The notes: generated from the letters alone by a model not told the origin. DNA of 64,000 nucleotides from Anaerolineae bacterium (GCA_963675785.1 OY776562.1:1216001-1280000), one strand, 5' to 3'; numbered from the stretch's first letter, positions 28,201-37,086 are shown. A program made the numbers and translations.

Positions 28201-30156
28201 GGCGATAGCAACATCCAAACTCCCATCGCCATCCATATCTCCGAAAGACGCTTCTTGAGGACCAAAACCGCTGGACAGATAGGATGTAGAGTAAGATGCG
28301 TTGAAAACGGCACTACGATTTAAATAGGCACGGCTAGCTACGGTACCGCTGCCTGCTCCAAAGAGTAGATCTACGTCTTCATCGCCATCAACATCTCCCC
28401 AAGCAACACTGCTCAACGCCGTAGTACCGAGTCCCGTCACCTTGGTGAGTTCAGTAGTCAGCATGGCTACAGCCGAACTGAAGGTCATACTAGCGCCATC
28501 ACGATTTGTCATGGCAATATCGAGATCTCCATCACCATCCGCATCGGCGGCCTCAAGAGACCAGATTTGACCTTGCACCGCCGAGCTGGGCAAGGTCATG
28601 ATCTCGTTCCAATCCGTTCCGTCAAAGCCGTAGACGCGAGGAGGTTGGTCAGCCAGGATGAGATCGAGCATGCCATCGCCATCCATATCGCCCCAATCGA
28701 GGGCTAATGGCGTTCGGAACACATTTGTGCGAATTTCGTACGCTTCCGTCAGCGAACCATTGGCAGAGGCATGATAGATACGTGCACAACGTTCGAGAGG
28801 ATATGCCGCAGCCAGGTCCAAGAGACCATCGGCGTCATAGTCGCCCCAGGCAAAATCATAGGGGAGAAATTGTGGCGTGGTATCGTAAGATCCCCATGTA
28901 AATTGATCCAAGGTCGATCCCAAAAAGGTCAGCATATAGTTGGGGAATAGACCCAAGGCCAGATCCAAGTCACCATCCTGATTTAGGTCGTAGGAACTAA
29001 GTGCAGCTGTGGCATATGACCAATCCGTGCTGTAGTACTGCAGCGGCGTAGATCCTCCATCAAACCAGTGTTCAGCCACTCCCGAGTTTTTATAAACCAG
29101 TATGGGATCATCTGCATTTACTGCATTTGTAGAGACGATCAAGTCCTGATCGCCATCCTCGTCATAGTCTCCCGGGGCAACACGGACGAGCTGCAAATCC
29201 GAAGCGAACGAAATAGAACGGAACGTTTCGCCATCCGGAATGTAGATATAGTTAGAACCTGCCGTACTGGGTGTGCCATCAGCAGATTCGCCCACGGCGA
29301 CTAATGCCAGGGTGCCATCCTGCATCAGGTCAAACCAGGCAACGCCAAAGGTTAATAGCTCGTTGTTCCATACGGGGATGAGGTCGCCGTCATCATTGCG
29401 ATAGATATAGGTACCCACGGTCGAAGCAATGGCCATGTCCTGGTCACCGTCACCGTCATAGTCACCCCAGTCAAGCGTCAAGCTGCCACCCAGGTCATCT
29501 GAGAGCCAGGTAGGAGCCGATGAAAAGGACGCTTCGCCGTCTTCTTCATACGAGACATTGACAATAGTCCTGATCTTGTTGCTCATGCCCGAGTTACGTT
29601 CGCCATCTTGCGTGTACTCGATAAAAGCCACGTTGGTCAAAACTGTGCCATCCGTCTGACCAACGATTCTTCCAGAAAAAGTGGTTGTGACAGAAGAATT
29701 CGGCGCCACTTCTGTCAATTCCCAACGTATTTGTCGAGTACGCGTCACGGTGATGCTCTCGCCCAAAGGATCGGGGACAGTCTGAGACTCGTAATCAGCT
29801 TCACACTCTGGCGGCAGAACAAAGTCCTCTAGCGCATCCTCAGGCAGTAGGTCAATCACTGTGACATCAATCAAGGGAATATCAGTGCTGTTTGAAATAG
29901 TCAAAGTATAGGTGATGGCTTCACCGTTGATGGCAGAAGTGCTGCTGCCAGTCGTGCTGACAGCAGTTTTGATCAGAGTGACTTGATCGTCAGCTTGTAT
30001 GGACACATCATTTGTCAACAGCGTCTCTGCCCAATCGGGTAGCTCAGCTGTTGAATCAGCCGAAACTTGCCACGGCGAGACAACGAAAGTCAAGCCCATA
30101 AGGAGCAAGCCCAGGCTAATGGGCAAAAGCATGTGGCGAGCTCGCAATACAGTCAT
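22222..30156 (-). CDS. Giant secreted adhesin-like protein (2644 aa): signal peptide, DUF11, FG-GAP propellers, PKD, TolB/PD40-like propeller, 2x DUF11, Big/VCBS-like, 7 cadherin-like domains
   Basis: ATG 30156 after GGGAG; signal peptide MTVLRARHMLL...QVSA; many WGDxDGDGDLDLA repeats; WDFGDG PKD; N(D/E)xPTA...LD(Y/F)ET cadherin repeats. Confidence 0.85.
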   Translation of the reverse strand: MTVLRARHMLLPISLGLLLMGLTFVVSPWQVSADSTAELPDWAETLLTNDVSIQADDQVTLIKTAVSTTGSSTSAINGEAITYTLTISNSTDIPLIDVTVIDLLPEDALEDFVLPPECEADYESQTVPDPLGESITVTRTRQIRWELTEVAPNSSVTTTFSGRIVGQTDGTVLTNVAFIEYTQDGERNSGMSNKIRTIVNVSYEEDGEASFSSAPTWLSDDLGGSLTLDWGDYDGDGDQDMAIASTVGTYIYRNDDGDLIPVWNNELLTFGVAWFDLMQDGTLALVAVGESADGTPSTAGSNYIYIPDGETFRSISFASDLQLVRVAPGDYDEDGDQDLIVSTNAVNADDPILVYKNSGVAEHWFDGGSTPLQYYSTDWSYATAALSSYDLNQDGDLDLALGLFPNYMLTFLGSTLDQFTWGSYDTTPQFLPYDFAWGDYDADGLLDLAAAYPLERCARIYHASANGSLTEAYEIRTNVFRTPLALDWGDMDGDGMLDLILADQPPRVYGFDGTDWNEIMTLPSSAVQGQIWSLEAADADGDGDLDIAMTNRDGASMTFSSAVAMLTTELTKVTGLGTTALSSVAWGDVDGDEDVDLLFGAGSGTVASRAYLNRSAVFNASYSTSYLSSGFGPQEASFGDMDGDGSLDVAIALGTRSGVQVYIRELDSLPDWEMSSAGSASKSCAWVDFDMDGWLDLSVANKGANAVYLNDEGMLQDSAFWTSEETDDSRALAWADIDGDLDLDLAVANYNQPNRVYRNDGTGMTLIWSSTFISSTTSVAWIDVDADGDMDLSFGNYGQANTIYLNIDGELEAAPSWVSEDTANTVSIAWGDCNNDSYPDLAVGNSGEGDQVYLNNGTQADSEPRLHWAWTSPAYGTTDLAWGDVDEDGDLDLAVSASDGNSGYYENNYIVPAHMATGYEAGMTLPNNSTYVAVEKPGTTDSAYGMTSSEVLSGPDDPEVTIHYTVYDPDGSRRPDLESDAVGDLILSTTFEFSLDDGGTWQIATPATSSPEPITTTSRLGQEGTFLWDAVADEAISDQALFRVTVVSDNSEGTNRSSVSGTSPSFRVRGVTEVWPEDPSITIEQTEFSVGTAISFEGSVGHGTGVLSFIWDFGDGSTDQGQTVEHTYTENGVYVVTLTVQSEATPVVREVSTFYTISFGSSVNDGLTVDIPLVVNGQGESTENIDLASSIQSAESTVSLATQSQNVAQVAAAPLWVEQQNLNLAVESILVENSDISINSVGDVITVTVGTPYAMTTSYVAAYWGVGANTSLNYDGTKLAFWSTINPTNRNSDGSIEVYSAKKSGTSWTLSQVSESAGSVLGGFNLSPVESADGSSLAFFSDRDLVGENADANFEIFTWSAGILTQRTHTTGGVNMQPSLNEDGTLVAFLSDRQLVEGQKVAEGVQDVFLLDTTTGEIRRLSTSVAGVVNDGPVLSSDGQKLAVVSTGNWDTSVGNADHSAEIFVCDIASGTWTQVTNITTPDSSIAVHGVQIDASGEHLAFLSGNSIVLASWQGSQYSLSVIEATGGSEYSEVRICADGLRVAFIENDNNLYVYDTAGNVLTNIYKSSLNVHDLALSGEGTVVAFYVDRYLYSGIVPRVDVSVEATAIPDPFVPGLSAGYEVILGNVGPSIASGTELKFNIPTCLLDASWEYVVGSTVYTGTTYAFDQDFDLAAGQSVTVYVTGDLATSQTVTVTMPITATVSSAVIDSLPPNEILTIETAIDGQADLRGRINASATRVNEDEDVVFTLTVNNLGPGDAPNAIAELDVPDGLTISDYVADQGTFADDVWELGTLLVGQSVEIEIKASPDEGTGGTDLEFAIGSLSSDFRDTDLTNNLDSATIAVNDPPDAVADSYTVDEGETLSITKTSEGVLANDYDSEGDALTVVTTPVTDTLHGDLTLYANGTFTYVHDGSETTSDRFYYRVVDALGASAIARVSITVTPVNDAPTALDLSSTDVDENMPIGSPVGSFLATDVDSDTFTYSLESTPGDGDADNNKFTIDGNILRTAAVFDYETKSSYNIHVAVDDLDGGTFERNFVITVVDINDYPTAVTLSSSTINENVAIGTAVGTLDLTDVDGPTPYSFVLVSGTGSGDNAKFSIDGDSLETAVAINYEAQSSFSIRVRGSDADGGTVEQAFTITALDQNDPPTAIALSNSSIAENEPSGTLVGTLSATDQDAGETFTFSLVSGTGDDDNAEFQVASGNQLKTAAILDYEAGATRSIRVRVVDSDGDFYERAFTIQVTDTNDAPTAINLDPSSVAENQPSDTIVGALSADDIDDETFTYALVAGTGDTNNASFQISGSNLLTAASFNYEVKSSYSIRVRVTDSASNTFEQALQVTITNVNEAPTAIALSATTVAESATVGTVVGTLSTTDPDTNDTHTYTITASAAAQAAFTIVGNELRVAAALDYETTPSYSLTVRSTDSGGLTTTHTWTITVTDANDAPTAIALSATTVAENATVGTVVGTLSTTDQDAGDAHTYTITAGAAAQAAFTIVGNELRVNAALDFETTPSYSITIRSTDNGTPSQSTTETWTITVTNVNEAPTAIALTNTSIAEDAAIGTVVGTLSTTDQDAGDTHIYTITGTAAAQAAFTIVGNELRVNAALDFETTPSYSLTVQSTDTGELSTTHTWTITITDVAE
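22225..24325 (-). repeat. Seven tandem ~100-aa cadherin-like repeats; last three near-identical in DNA
   Basis: N(D/E)xPTA starts occur 7 times; block TCAAAGTCCAATGCGGCGTTTACGCGCAGCTCATTCCCGACGAT at ~22322 and ~22622. Confidence 0.85.
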
Positions 30157-30175
30157 ATCTACTCCCATAAGTGGA

Positions 30176-33100
30176 TCAAGGACAGCTCGGGCTATACCAG
30201 CTCGTTGTGCTGGCCCCTGTCTCTTTTTCTGTCTCAGTGACAATATCGTCATAGACTGCAACCACATAATACGCCGTGTCGCAAGGGCTGGCTTCTTCAT
30301 CAGTCCAACCTGTAGCACTCGGATCGTATTCGGTCCAAACAGCTATAAAGATACCGTCTGTGGCTAAATTGGCACGATAGATGCGGAACCCGGTGATACC
30401 AGCTCGGTCTGTAGTGCGATACGACCAACTCAGCACTGCCTGGCTGTCCACTACCTTCCCCGTTACGTTAAAGGGTGCTGGAGGTGGATCTGGAGCTTCG
30501 ACATTAAAGCGCAGATATGATTTGGTAGAGACGCCGCTGGCATTGGTTGCCGTAAGAGTCAATGTGGTAGACTTGACCACTGCATTAGGAATCTCGAACG
30601 TGCTGGAGGCAGGTTGTGGCCCATAACCCTCTAGCTCAACTGTCTCTGCATTTGCAGCGTCCCAACTGAGTTCGACCATGGCCCCCGCTTCTATAGTATA
30701 AGCATATATGGGGCCGCTCGATGTAGATGTAGTTCCACTAAATGTTACTTTGCTAGCGTCAGCATCAATTCCCGCTGCCTTGAAAAAGCTGATGATTGCA
30801 GGTAAAGGCGTAGGTGTAGCAGTCGCAGTTGGTTCGGGTGTGGGGGTTGGGTCTTCACCGCCTACTTCCAATGGCGTACTGGCACTGAGGTCGCCATTCT
30901 TGGCCGTGAGCACAAAGAGTGTCACATCACTCACCGTCATTGTAATGCTATCTGTTGCTGAAAGACCGGTCAGCGTGGCCGATGGCGACGTAATTTGGAT
31001 GTCTGTTGTAGCGCCTGTTACCGACCAGGTCAGCATAATCTCGGTCGCATCACCTTTGACGAGCTCATTAGGAGTTGCTGCAAACAGCTCAATGACCGGG
31101 GCTACAGGAACAGGTGTGGCTGTAGGCGCAGGATTTACGATAATTTCGCGCAACAGTGATTCGGCGCTGGCCTGGGTACCGTCTGGTCCAGTGAATGTGG
31201 CCGAAAGTCGGTACGTCGTTAAGGCCTGAGGCTGAGCGCTCATCTGGCCCTTGAGCGGCAATCCTGTGCCAAGCGGATCAATATCGACTGAATCTGCCCC
31301 CTCGACTTCCCAGACGATCGTTATAGTGTCACCTTGGGTAATCTCAAGAGGCGACACATCAAACTGTACGATAACTGGTTCCGGAACCTCAACAGTGATC
31401 TGCAGAGGTTTGCGCACCTCTTCATCCCAAGAGGGGTTAGTAGCCACGAGCTCGATGGTACTCGTACGATCGAGCGTTAGTTCGCGCGTTCCGCGAGATA
31501 GCTCATCGCCCTGCAAACTTTCTTCGGAGCCGTTCACAATCAATGAGAGTGTATCCGCGTCCTGTACTACCCAGCGAATGGACACAGTTTCACCCAAAGA
31601 GACTGTAGCGGGAGCCGCCTCAAAGATTTGTACATCGGGCTGCACGGGGGTTATGTAAACAGGAATTTCGCTGCTAAAAGTAGACAGCGACGGCACCATG
31701 CTAGAAACGAACGATTCTACACGCAGGCGATAGCGTCCATTGCTGATAGGTACAGTTTTGAGCTGACCATTAATTGCCTCAAAATCGGCAGGCCCAAGGA
31801 CAGTCTGCCAGTCATCATTTTCACCCTTGAATTCCAAATAGAGATTGACTGCAAATCCAGCCAAGCGATTGATCGGATTGACAGAACTCAAACCACTAAA
31901 GCGATTGGCATCATAAGTCAATTCAACGGCTTCTTCTGGTAGCACAGAAGCTTCAGCAATCGTCAAGATTGGCGTAGGGGTGGGGCGTAAATAGTAGATC
32001 AATCCACCACCGGTCAACAGCAGAATCAACAAAATGATCAAGGGGCCAATCAAGGGCTTGGCCTTGAGACGTCCCATGACCGTGCGCGGTGTGCTCGTAC
32101 CAGCGGTCAAGGTAGCTGTGATATTGAACGCATACTCTTTGCTGCGCAGGCCGATTACTTTGCGATTGAATGGAGAAACATAAATTGGCGCTGTGTATTG
32201 GGTTTCTGGTTCAAGATCGAACTCGGCTTGTTTGGCCAGGCGTGCTTCCCGACCGGGCACCTCAAATTCAAAGAAACAGCCATTCTCATCATCTTTGCCA
32301 TCCAGGCGAATGCCTACAGTGCTATTGCCCAAGTTGGTGATGGCTACTGTTGAAAAAGCTGTATTGTTCCGATAGCTTACAGATTGTTGACGGGGGTCAA
32401 TATCCCCCATGTCAAAAGCGTAATATGGGCCGACTGTCAGAGCACAGCGATGAACGGCCTGTCTACCGGAGAACGTTTCAGAGCGGACAATGATGGCGAA
32501 AGGATGAACGCCTGCACGGCTGGCAGGTTCGCGCGGCGGCGTAATGCTGATAGTAACCTGCGTACTGGCAGCTTCGTTCAGATTAACTTGCGCTGGGCTG
32601 ATGCGCACCCAATCGGGGTTCAATCCCTGCACAATAACCTCAAAAGCAGCTACCACATCGCTGCCATTGACCAGCGTCATCTCACAGGTAGCTGTTTGTT
32701 CTACATCAATGCTCCACTCGCGCAAATCGAGCTGGGTCAGAATCCACTCGTCTGTGGTTTCACGCGGCAAAACTCCTGTAAAGGCAGGGATAGATGCTCC
32801 AGGGACGGCTGTAACGCCTGTAGTTAGTAAAGCTGTAACTGGCCCGGGTTCACCAGTCGTTTCAGCAGCTTCTTCCCCCTCCTTGAGTTTGGCAGTCTCA
32901 TCAGAAGAAGTCTCTTCTGGAAGAAGCACCAGCGTGTATCCGCTAGCGGTGAACTCTTGCCAGAGCTTTACGAGACCGGTGGCTTCGGGTCTCAGGGGTT
33001 CTCCCTCAATCCTGACCATGCCGCCATCGTGGAGTGGAATCACATGGGCGCCGTCGATATCCAGCGAAACGATAGCCAGGAACTCGGGGACGTTATCGCC

Positions 33101-33214
33101 CAAGAGGACAATGTCATTGGACGGATCGCGTCCCACATCAAGAGGACGCGCAGCAGTAATTGGTACGAACTGCACTTCGCCACTTGGAGCAATAATCTCA
33201 AGGAGCGCACTCAT
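30176..33214 (-). CDS. Bitopic membrane protein: FHA-like, two COG1470/NEW3-like Ig domains, TM helix, extracellular Ig-like repeats, Fn3-like C-terminus
   Basis: VGRDPSNDIVL; WVRISPAQVNL..PPR..AG; TM PLIILLILLLTGGGLIYYL; repeated P.I..F.A.P..V..G....L.W.V; PTPT linkers; LSWSY..GFRIYR..YYVVAV. Confidence 0.72.
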   Translation of the reverse strand: MSALLEIIAPSGEVQFVPITAARPLDVGRDPSNDIVLLGDNVPEFLAIVSLDIDGAHVIPLHDGGMVRIEGEPLRPEATGLVKLWQEFTASGYTLVLLPEETSSDETAKLKEGEEAAETTGEPGPVTALLTTGVTAVPGASIPAFTGVLPRETTDEWILTQLDLREWSIDVEQTATCEMTLVNGSDVVAAFEVIVQGLNPDWVRISPAQVNLNEAASTQVTISITPPREPASRAGVHPFAIIVRSETFSGRQAVHRCALTVGPYYAFDMGDIDPRQQSVSYRNNTAFSTVAITNLGNSTVGIRLDGKDDENGCFFEFEVPGREARLAKQAEFDLEPETQYTAPIYVSPFNRKVIGLRSKEYAFNITATLTAGTSTPRTVMGRLKAKPLIGPLIILLILLLTGGGLIYYLRPTPTPILTIAEASVLPEEAVELTYDANRFSGLSSVNPINRLAGFAVNLYLEFKGENDDWQTVLGPADFEAINGQLKTVPISNGRYRLRVESFVSSMVPSLSTFSSEIPVYITPVQPDVQIFEAAPATVSLGETVSIRWVVQDADTLSLIVNGSEESLQGDELSRGTRELTLDRTSTIELVATNPSWDEEVRKPLQITVEVPEPVIVQFDVSPLEITQGDTITIVWEVEGADSVDIDPLGTGLPLKGQMSAQPQALTTYRLSATFTGPDGTQASAESLLREIIVNPAPTATPVPVAPVIELFAATPNELVKGDATEIMLTWSVTGATTDIQITSPSATLTGLSATDSITMTVSDVTLFVLTAKNGDLSASTPLEVGGEDPTPTPEPTATATPTPLPAIISFFKAAGIDADASKVTFSGTTSTSSGPIYAYTIEAGAMVELSWDAANAETVELEGYGPQPASSTFEIPNAVVKSTTLTLTATNASGVSTKSYLRFNVEAPDPPPAPFNVTGKVVDSQAVLSWSYRTTDRAGITGFRIYRANLATDGIFIAVWTEYDPSATGWTDEEASPCDTAYYVVAVYDDIVTETEKETGASTTSWYSPSCP

Positions 33215-33227
33215 TCAGTCGTTTCCC

Positions 33228-34097
33228 TCAGATGCCGTATGTTAGCAGCCAATACAGTGCATAGCCGCCCCAGATAATGCCCAGTGCTGCCAAAACAATG
33301 GTCCATAGCCTCAATGAGGCCGCCCGACTGCCATCAAAGACGCCTTCGAGCACAGCCTCATCGGTTGAATGATCCGACGCAACAGACACAATGCGGTACT
33401 CTATCTGCTTTTGACGGACACGCATTGGCGAATTGATTGAGCAAGACACCTGAAGCCGGCTCCCCGGTTCGAGGACGGGCGTTTGCCCCAGATCATAAGT
33501 GATAGCGGCCTCTGCCGTCTGGTCAGGCTGAAAATCAGTTTCTGTCGGTACAGTCAAAGTGGCTGCGGATTGGGTTTTACTTGAGGGGATAGCGTGAGTA
33601 GCACGTCCCGCTACACCCTCAACACGACGCTCTGTGTTTTCAACTTTTTGCACTTTGCCTTCAGCACGCTGCACTTGGCTGGTTGCGCTCGTCACCGATT
33701 TACGCATGTCAGAAGGTAAAAACCGGGCAAACTTGTTCACGCTACTCGCTGTCCTCGACGCCGATTTGAGCCCTTTGCGGCCGGCTTTAACCTTGCTCGT
33801 GCTTTCACTCACATGCGATGATGCTGCTTTTTGCTTGGTTGTGGACGGTCTTTTTTCAGTTGGCTTGGTCGCGCGAATCATCTGTATTGGGCGTACGTCG
33901 CTGCTGAATGTATAACGCAACCCTACCAGGTCTTCGCCATGCAGCTTGTAGCGTGTAGCAACATTGCCGGTATTAGCCAGGATCATTGCGGCGCCGCGTG
34001 CCAGCGAACGCCTGTAAACGAGATAGAGCACTACCGCAGTAATAATAGCGGCAATGCCTACCACTGCCAGCACAATAATCCAGGGATGATCAGTCAT
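33228..34097 (-). CDS. Membrane protein with N- and C-terminal TM helices flanking an interrupted Ig-like domain
   Basis: Hydrophobic termini; LANTGNV motif; basic S/T/K-rich insert; overlaps upstream gene. Confidence 0.65.
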   Translation of the reverse strand: MTDHPWIIVLAVVGIAAIITAVVLYLVYRRSLARGAAMILANTGNVATRYKLHGEDLVGLRYTFSSDVRPIQMIRATKPTEKRPSTTKQKAASSHVSESTSKVKAGRKGLKSASRTASSVNKFARFLPSDMRKSVTSATSQVQRAEGKVQKVENTERRVEGVAGRATHAIPSSKTQSAATLTVPTETDFQPDQTAEAAITYDLGQTPVLEPGSRLQVSCSINSPMRVRQKQIEYRIVSVASDHSTDEAVLEGVFDGSRAASLRLWTIVLAALGIIWGGYALYWLLTYGI

Positions 34098-34935
34098 GTG
34101 TAGTACCTCCCTCTGCGCTGGTAGCCCACGCTAAAGTGTGCTGATAGCGTGGGGTAATATCTACATCGATTGCGACTTGCGCCAGTTCACCCGGATAAGC
34201 AGCAGGCGCTGCCGCATGAACTTCCAGACGGTGTCGACCGGCCTTTAAGGAGCTTGTCTCAGGCACCTCGATCTTGAGTGCTACATTTCGAGATGCTCCA
34301 GGGAAGAGAATCGGGCCAGGAGCAATGTCACAGCAATCCTGCAAGCCACTAACATTTAACTGTATCTGCACCGCCTGCGCTGAGCCCAGGTTTTTAACCG
34401 TAACGATGCCCGCTACATTTTGACCAGGGCGTATCTCAGTAGAGGCAAGGGCCACATCGAGACCGATATTCGCACCAGCCTGCGCGCTAGAAGCCGTTGC
34501 GGCTTCTGTACGAGCAACCTGAAGCGCCGCACCTGAAAGATCGCCCGTTGGTGCAGCCGCGATACCAAAAGCAGCCGTTTTGGGCGATGGCGTTGCATTC
34601 AAATCACTAGAAATCATTGCATCGCTTCCGCCGTCTTCGAACAACAGCGCAAAATCGCCAATCTGAATGCGCTCTCCGCCTCGCAATTCTACAGCGCCCC
34701 GGGGAGGAACAGGAGCAATCCCCCCTATTCGCACCTCAGCGGCGGAGAGATTGATCATTCTGCAGGGGCCGTTCGCAGGCAAAATGAGCTGCAAATGAGC
34801 CGGCGCAACGCCTGCTCCCCGGGCCGGGCTGAGAACAATGTCACTCCCGGCAGCGCTGCCCACCCGCATAATGCGGCGGGTCAGCTCGAATCGCTTTTCC
34901 CAACCATCTCGATCGACGACCTGAATGTAGCTCAT
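34090..34935 (-). CDS. FHA-like plus Ig-like domain protein
   Basis: RVGSAAGSDIVL..H.Q, L.GGERIQIGDF.L.F; C-terminal VTVKNLG...LFPGA Ig; ATGA overlap with upstream gene. Confidence 0.7.
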   Translation of the reverse strand: MSYIQVVDRDGWEKRFELTRRIMRVGSAAGSDIVLSPARGAGVAPAHLQLILPANGPCRMINLSAAEVRIGGIAPVPPRGAVELRGGERIQIGDFALLFEDGGSDAMISSDLNATPSPKTAAFGIAAAPTGDLSGAALQVARTEAATASSAQAGANIGLDVALASTEIRPGQNVAGIVTVKNLGSAQAVQIQLNVSGLQDCCDIAPGPILFPGASRNVALKIEVPETSSLKAGRHRLEVHAAAPAAYPGELAQVAIDVDITPRYQHTLAWATSAEGGTTHD

Positions 34936-36158
34936 TCAGTCCTGTCTCCCTTGCTGGCACGGCGCCGCGCGGCAGCAGCCAATAGATTCGCTCCCAATTC
35001 ATGCGCAGAGCGAATGTCTGCTCGTCCCGGCTTGGCACCGCTCACTTCTTTGGCAGCCCATAGGGCAATCCATGGCGCTGAGCAGCTCAATACCCCATCA
35101 CCACTCAACGCATCGCCATTGACCATTGGCAGCTCGGCAAAAAGATAGGGTTGCCGTAATAGTTCATCATCTGCTGCTAGAGGCTCTAGCTGTACCGCCA
35201 GAGAATCCATTAGGTTCTTGATGCTCGCATCAGCCTCGGATACAGCAAGTTTGCTTGCAGGTATTGAAATCTGGGGTTCGCCCTCAGGTTTCCCCTCTGC
35301 AGGGGGCACTGCCTCTTGTACAGGAGCCTCTTTGACTTGATCCTGAGCACTGCTCAGAAGGACCATACTGCCACCACCCTGCAGATAGCGGTAAAGAGCA
35401 CTCATCTGCTCAGCGGTAAGCTCAAACGCCTCACTCGCCAGCAGAATCAGCACATCGTAGCGGTCTAGCTGGCTATCCAATTGCAGTACCCGGTCAGCCC
35501 AAACGCTGCGCCCCATAGCCCGCAAACCACGGGCCAGTTCGCGTACTCCAGCAGCACAGGCGGCTGCTTCTTTGCCACCCAGCGCATAGCCACCAACAAG
35601 TGCTGGCTCTACGATCGTTTGCACCGGCACGGCGCGAAAGCGCAGATCGATCTCGTTGATACCGGGCATTTCCGGGTCCTGAGCATTGCGCAGTGCTGCG
35701 CTTTGGCCGTGACGCTCAAACATGGCCAAAGCGACAAAACCCTCTTCCTCCACCTCTCCCTGTACGGCATCCAGGCTGTACTGAGCATGGATATAAAGAG
35801 GGCCGTCTTCCTGGTCAGTACCACGCCCTGCCTGGCTTTCTACATAGCTCAAAACCAGAGAGAGCCTACCTTCGGACGCACCCAGATGGTAGGTCATGGG
35901 CTCTGGAACCACAATGCGCCGACCGAGGGCATCTACTGCGACACCAGGCCGCACATAGACGGTAGCATCCGCTGGTTCAGCAGCTACTACTTCTAATCCC
36001 TCAAGGATGCCAGCACAGTGCGCATAACGACGGTGCAGCCTCATCTCAGCGCGATGATAGCCGTGGGCTTCTTCCCACAGCTGTGCAGTAACGGCGGTAC
36101 CATCGATGGCCTTGATGCGGCGCATCGGGTAATCGGACAGCAGGTCTGGTTGCTTCAT
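34932..36158 (-). CDS. CIS baseplate-distal protein: fibre-attachment-like N-terminus plus DUF4159-like domain
   Basis: Start MKQPDLL 4 bp after gpI-like stop; R.K..DG.AVTA..W.E.H.YH, GILEGLEV, VRPGVAVDALGR.IVV; L.RYL.GGG and ELGANL motifs. Confidence 0.6.
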   Translation of the reverse strand: MKQPDLLSDYPMRRIKAIDGTAVTAQLWEEAHGYHRAEMRLHRRYAHCAGILEGLEVVAAEPADATVYVRPGVAVDALGRRIVVPEPMTYHLGASEGRLSLVLSYVESQAGRGTDQEDGPLYIHAQYSLDAVQGEVEEEGFVALAMFERHGQSAALRNAQDPEMPGINEIDLRFRAVPVQTIVEPALVGGYALGGKEAAACAAGVRELARGLRAMGRSVWADRVLQLDSQLDRYDVLILLASEAFELTAEQMSALYRYLQGGGSMVLLSSAQDQVKEAPVQEAVPPAEGKPEGEPQISIPASKLAVSEADASIKNLMDSLAVQLEPLAADDELLRQPYLFAELPMVNGDALSGDGVLSCSAPWIALWAAKEVSGAKPGRADIRSAHELGANLLAAAARRRASKGDRTE

Positions 36159-36162
36159 ATGT

Positions 36163-37086
36163 CTACGCCTCTTCCAGAACGAGCGAATACTGCGTATGTG
36201 CCGGCTTTTCTCTTTCGAGGAGGTCTGCCAGCACGTTTTCCCAATCCAAAATATCCTGCAACTCGGCGGGGATACGCGCATAAACAGTGAACGAATGCGG
36301 AACATTCCCTCGGCCAAGCGCCGTCTCGTGTCCCATAAAAGCACCAGGGCCTAACACAAGATCAGCCGAACGATGTTCTTCGATGCGCACCTGTCCGCCT
36401 GTAACCAGCTCTAGGAACCGCTTCAAGCCTGGTCGCGTCCCCCTCTTGCGGTATAACTCAACCGCATGTTTGACCAGCGCACGCTTACGGTCATCTGGCA
36501 GGGCAGACTCTGGTATCATGCCCACCCAGCTCCCTATAAAATCGACCATGCGATCGGTGGTCAGATCCACTTCAAAGTATTCAGAAATGTTGTTGACTTG
36601 TCTATCGAGGGGTTGCCAAAAACTTTCAAACAACATCAAAAAGCGGCTGAGCAGACGATCTCTTTCGTACATTTCGGGCATGTAGCGTAGATAGCGCGCA
36701 TATTCGCTCACTTCAATGCCCACAGTCGCAGTCTCGAGTGGTTGGCCTTCCATTGACAGCAAGACAATGTCGATTTCATAGCGACCCGGCTGGCAGTTCT
36801 CAGAAACCGCGCAAATGAGCGTCTGTTTGATATTGATCTCTGCTGGCAGTCGCCAGTATACCTCAGTTTCGCCGTCAGATGTAGTGACAAAGGGCTCAAA
36901 GAGACCAGCATCGTCAACTTTATCGAAAAAGATACCGGTAGGTAATGCTACTGCCAGAGTACACGGCTCTGCACAACTAGCCGAGAGGAAGAAACGTTCT
37001 TGCTCACCGGGGTAGCGGCGCATCTCGTCCACTGCCAGATCGACGTGGTTTATTTGTGCCATAACCTCGTCGGTTTGTTCAGGCAT
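36163..37086 (-). CDS. P2 gpI-like baseplate wedge / phage tail protein with N-terminal extension
   Basis: YLRYMPEMY..RFL.LFE, WVG, LY.KRGT..GL..FLE, EKPAHT; start overlaps the J-like gene stop. Confidence 0.82.
   Translation of the reverse strand: MPEQTDEVMAQINHVDLAVDEMRRYPGEQERFFLSASCAEPCTLAVALPTGIFFDKVDDAGLFEPFVTTSDGETEVYWRLPAEINIKQTLICAVSENCQPGRYEIDIVLLSMEGQPLETATVGIEVSEYARYLRYMPEMYERDRLLSRFLMLFESFWQPLDRQVNNISEYFEVDLTTDRMVDFIGSWVGMIPESALPDDRKRALVKHAVELYRKRGTRPGLKRFLELVTGGQVRIEEHRSADLVLGPGAFMGHETALGRGNVPHSFTVYARIPAELQDILDWENVLADLLEREKPAHTQYSLVLEEA

Noticed and set aside
30157-30318. Upstream start extensions in the ORF track (also 36344, 37176, 2291, 10589, 57389)
   Set aside because: They overlap neighbouring genes; downstream starts have an RBS and/or fit operon spacing and family N-termini
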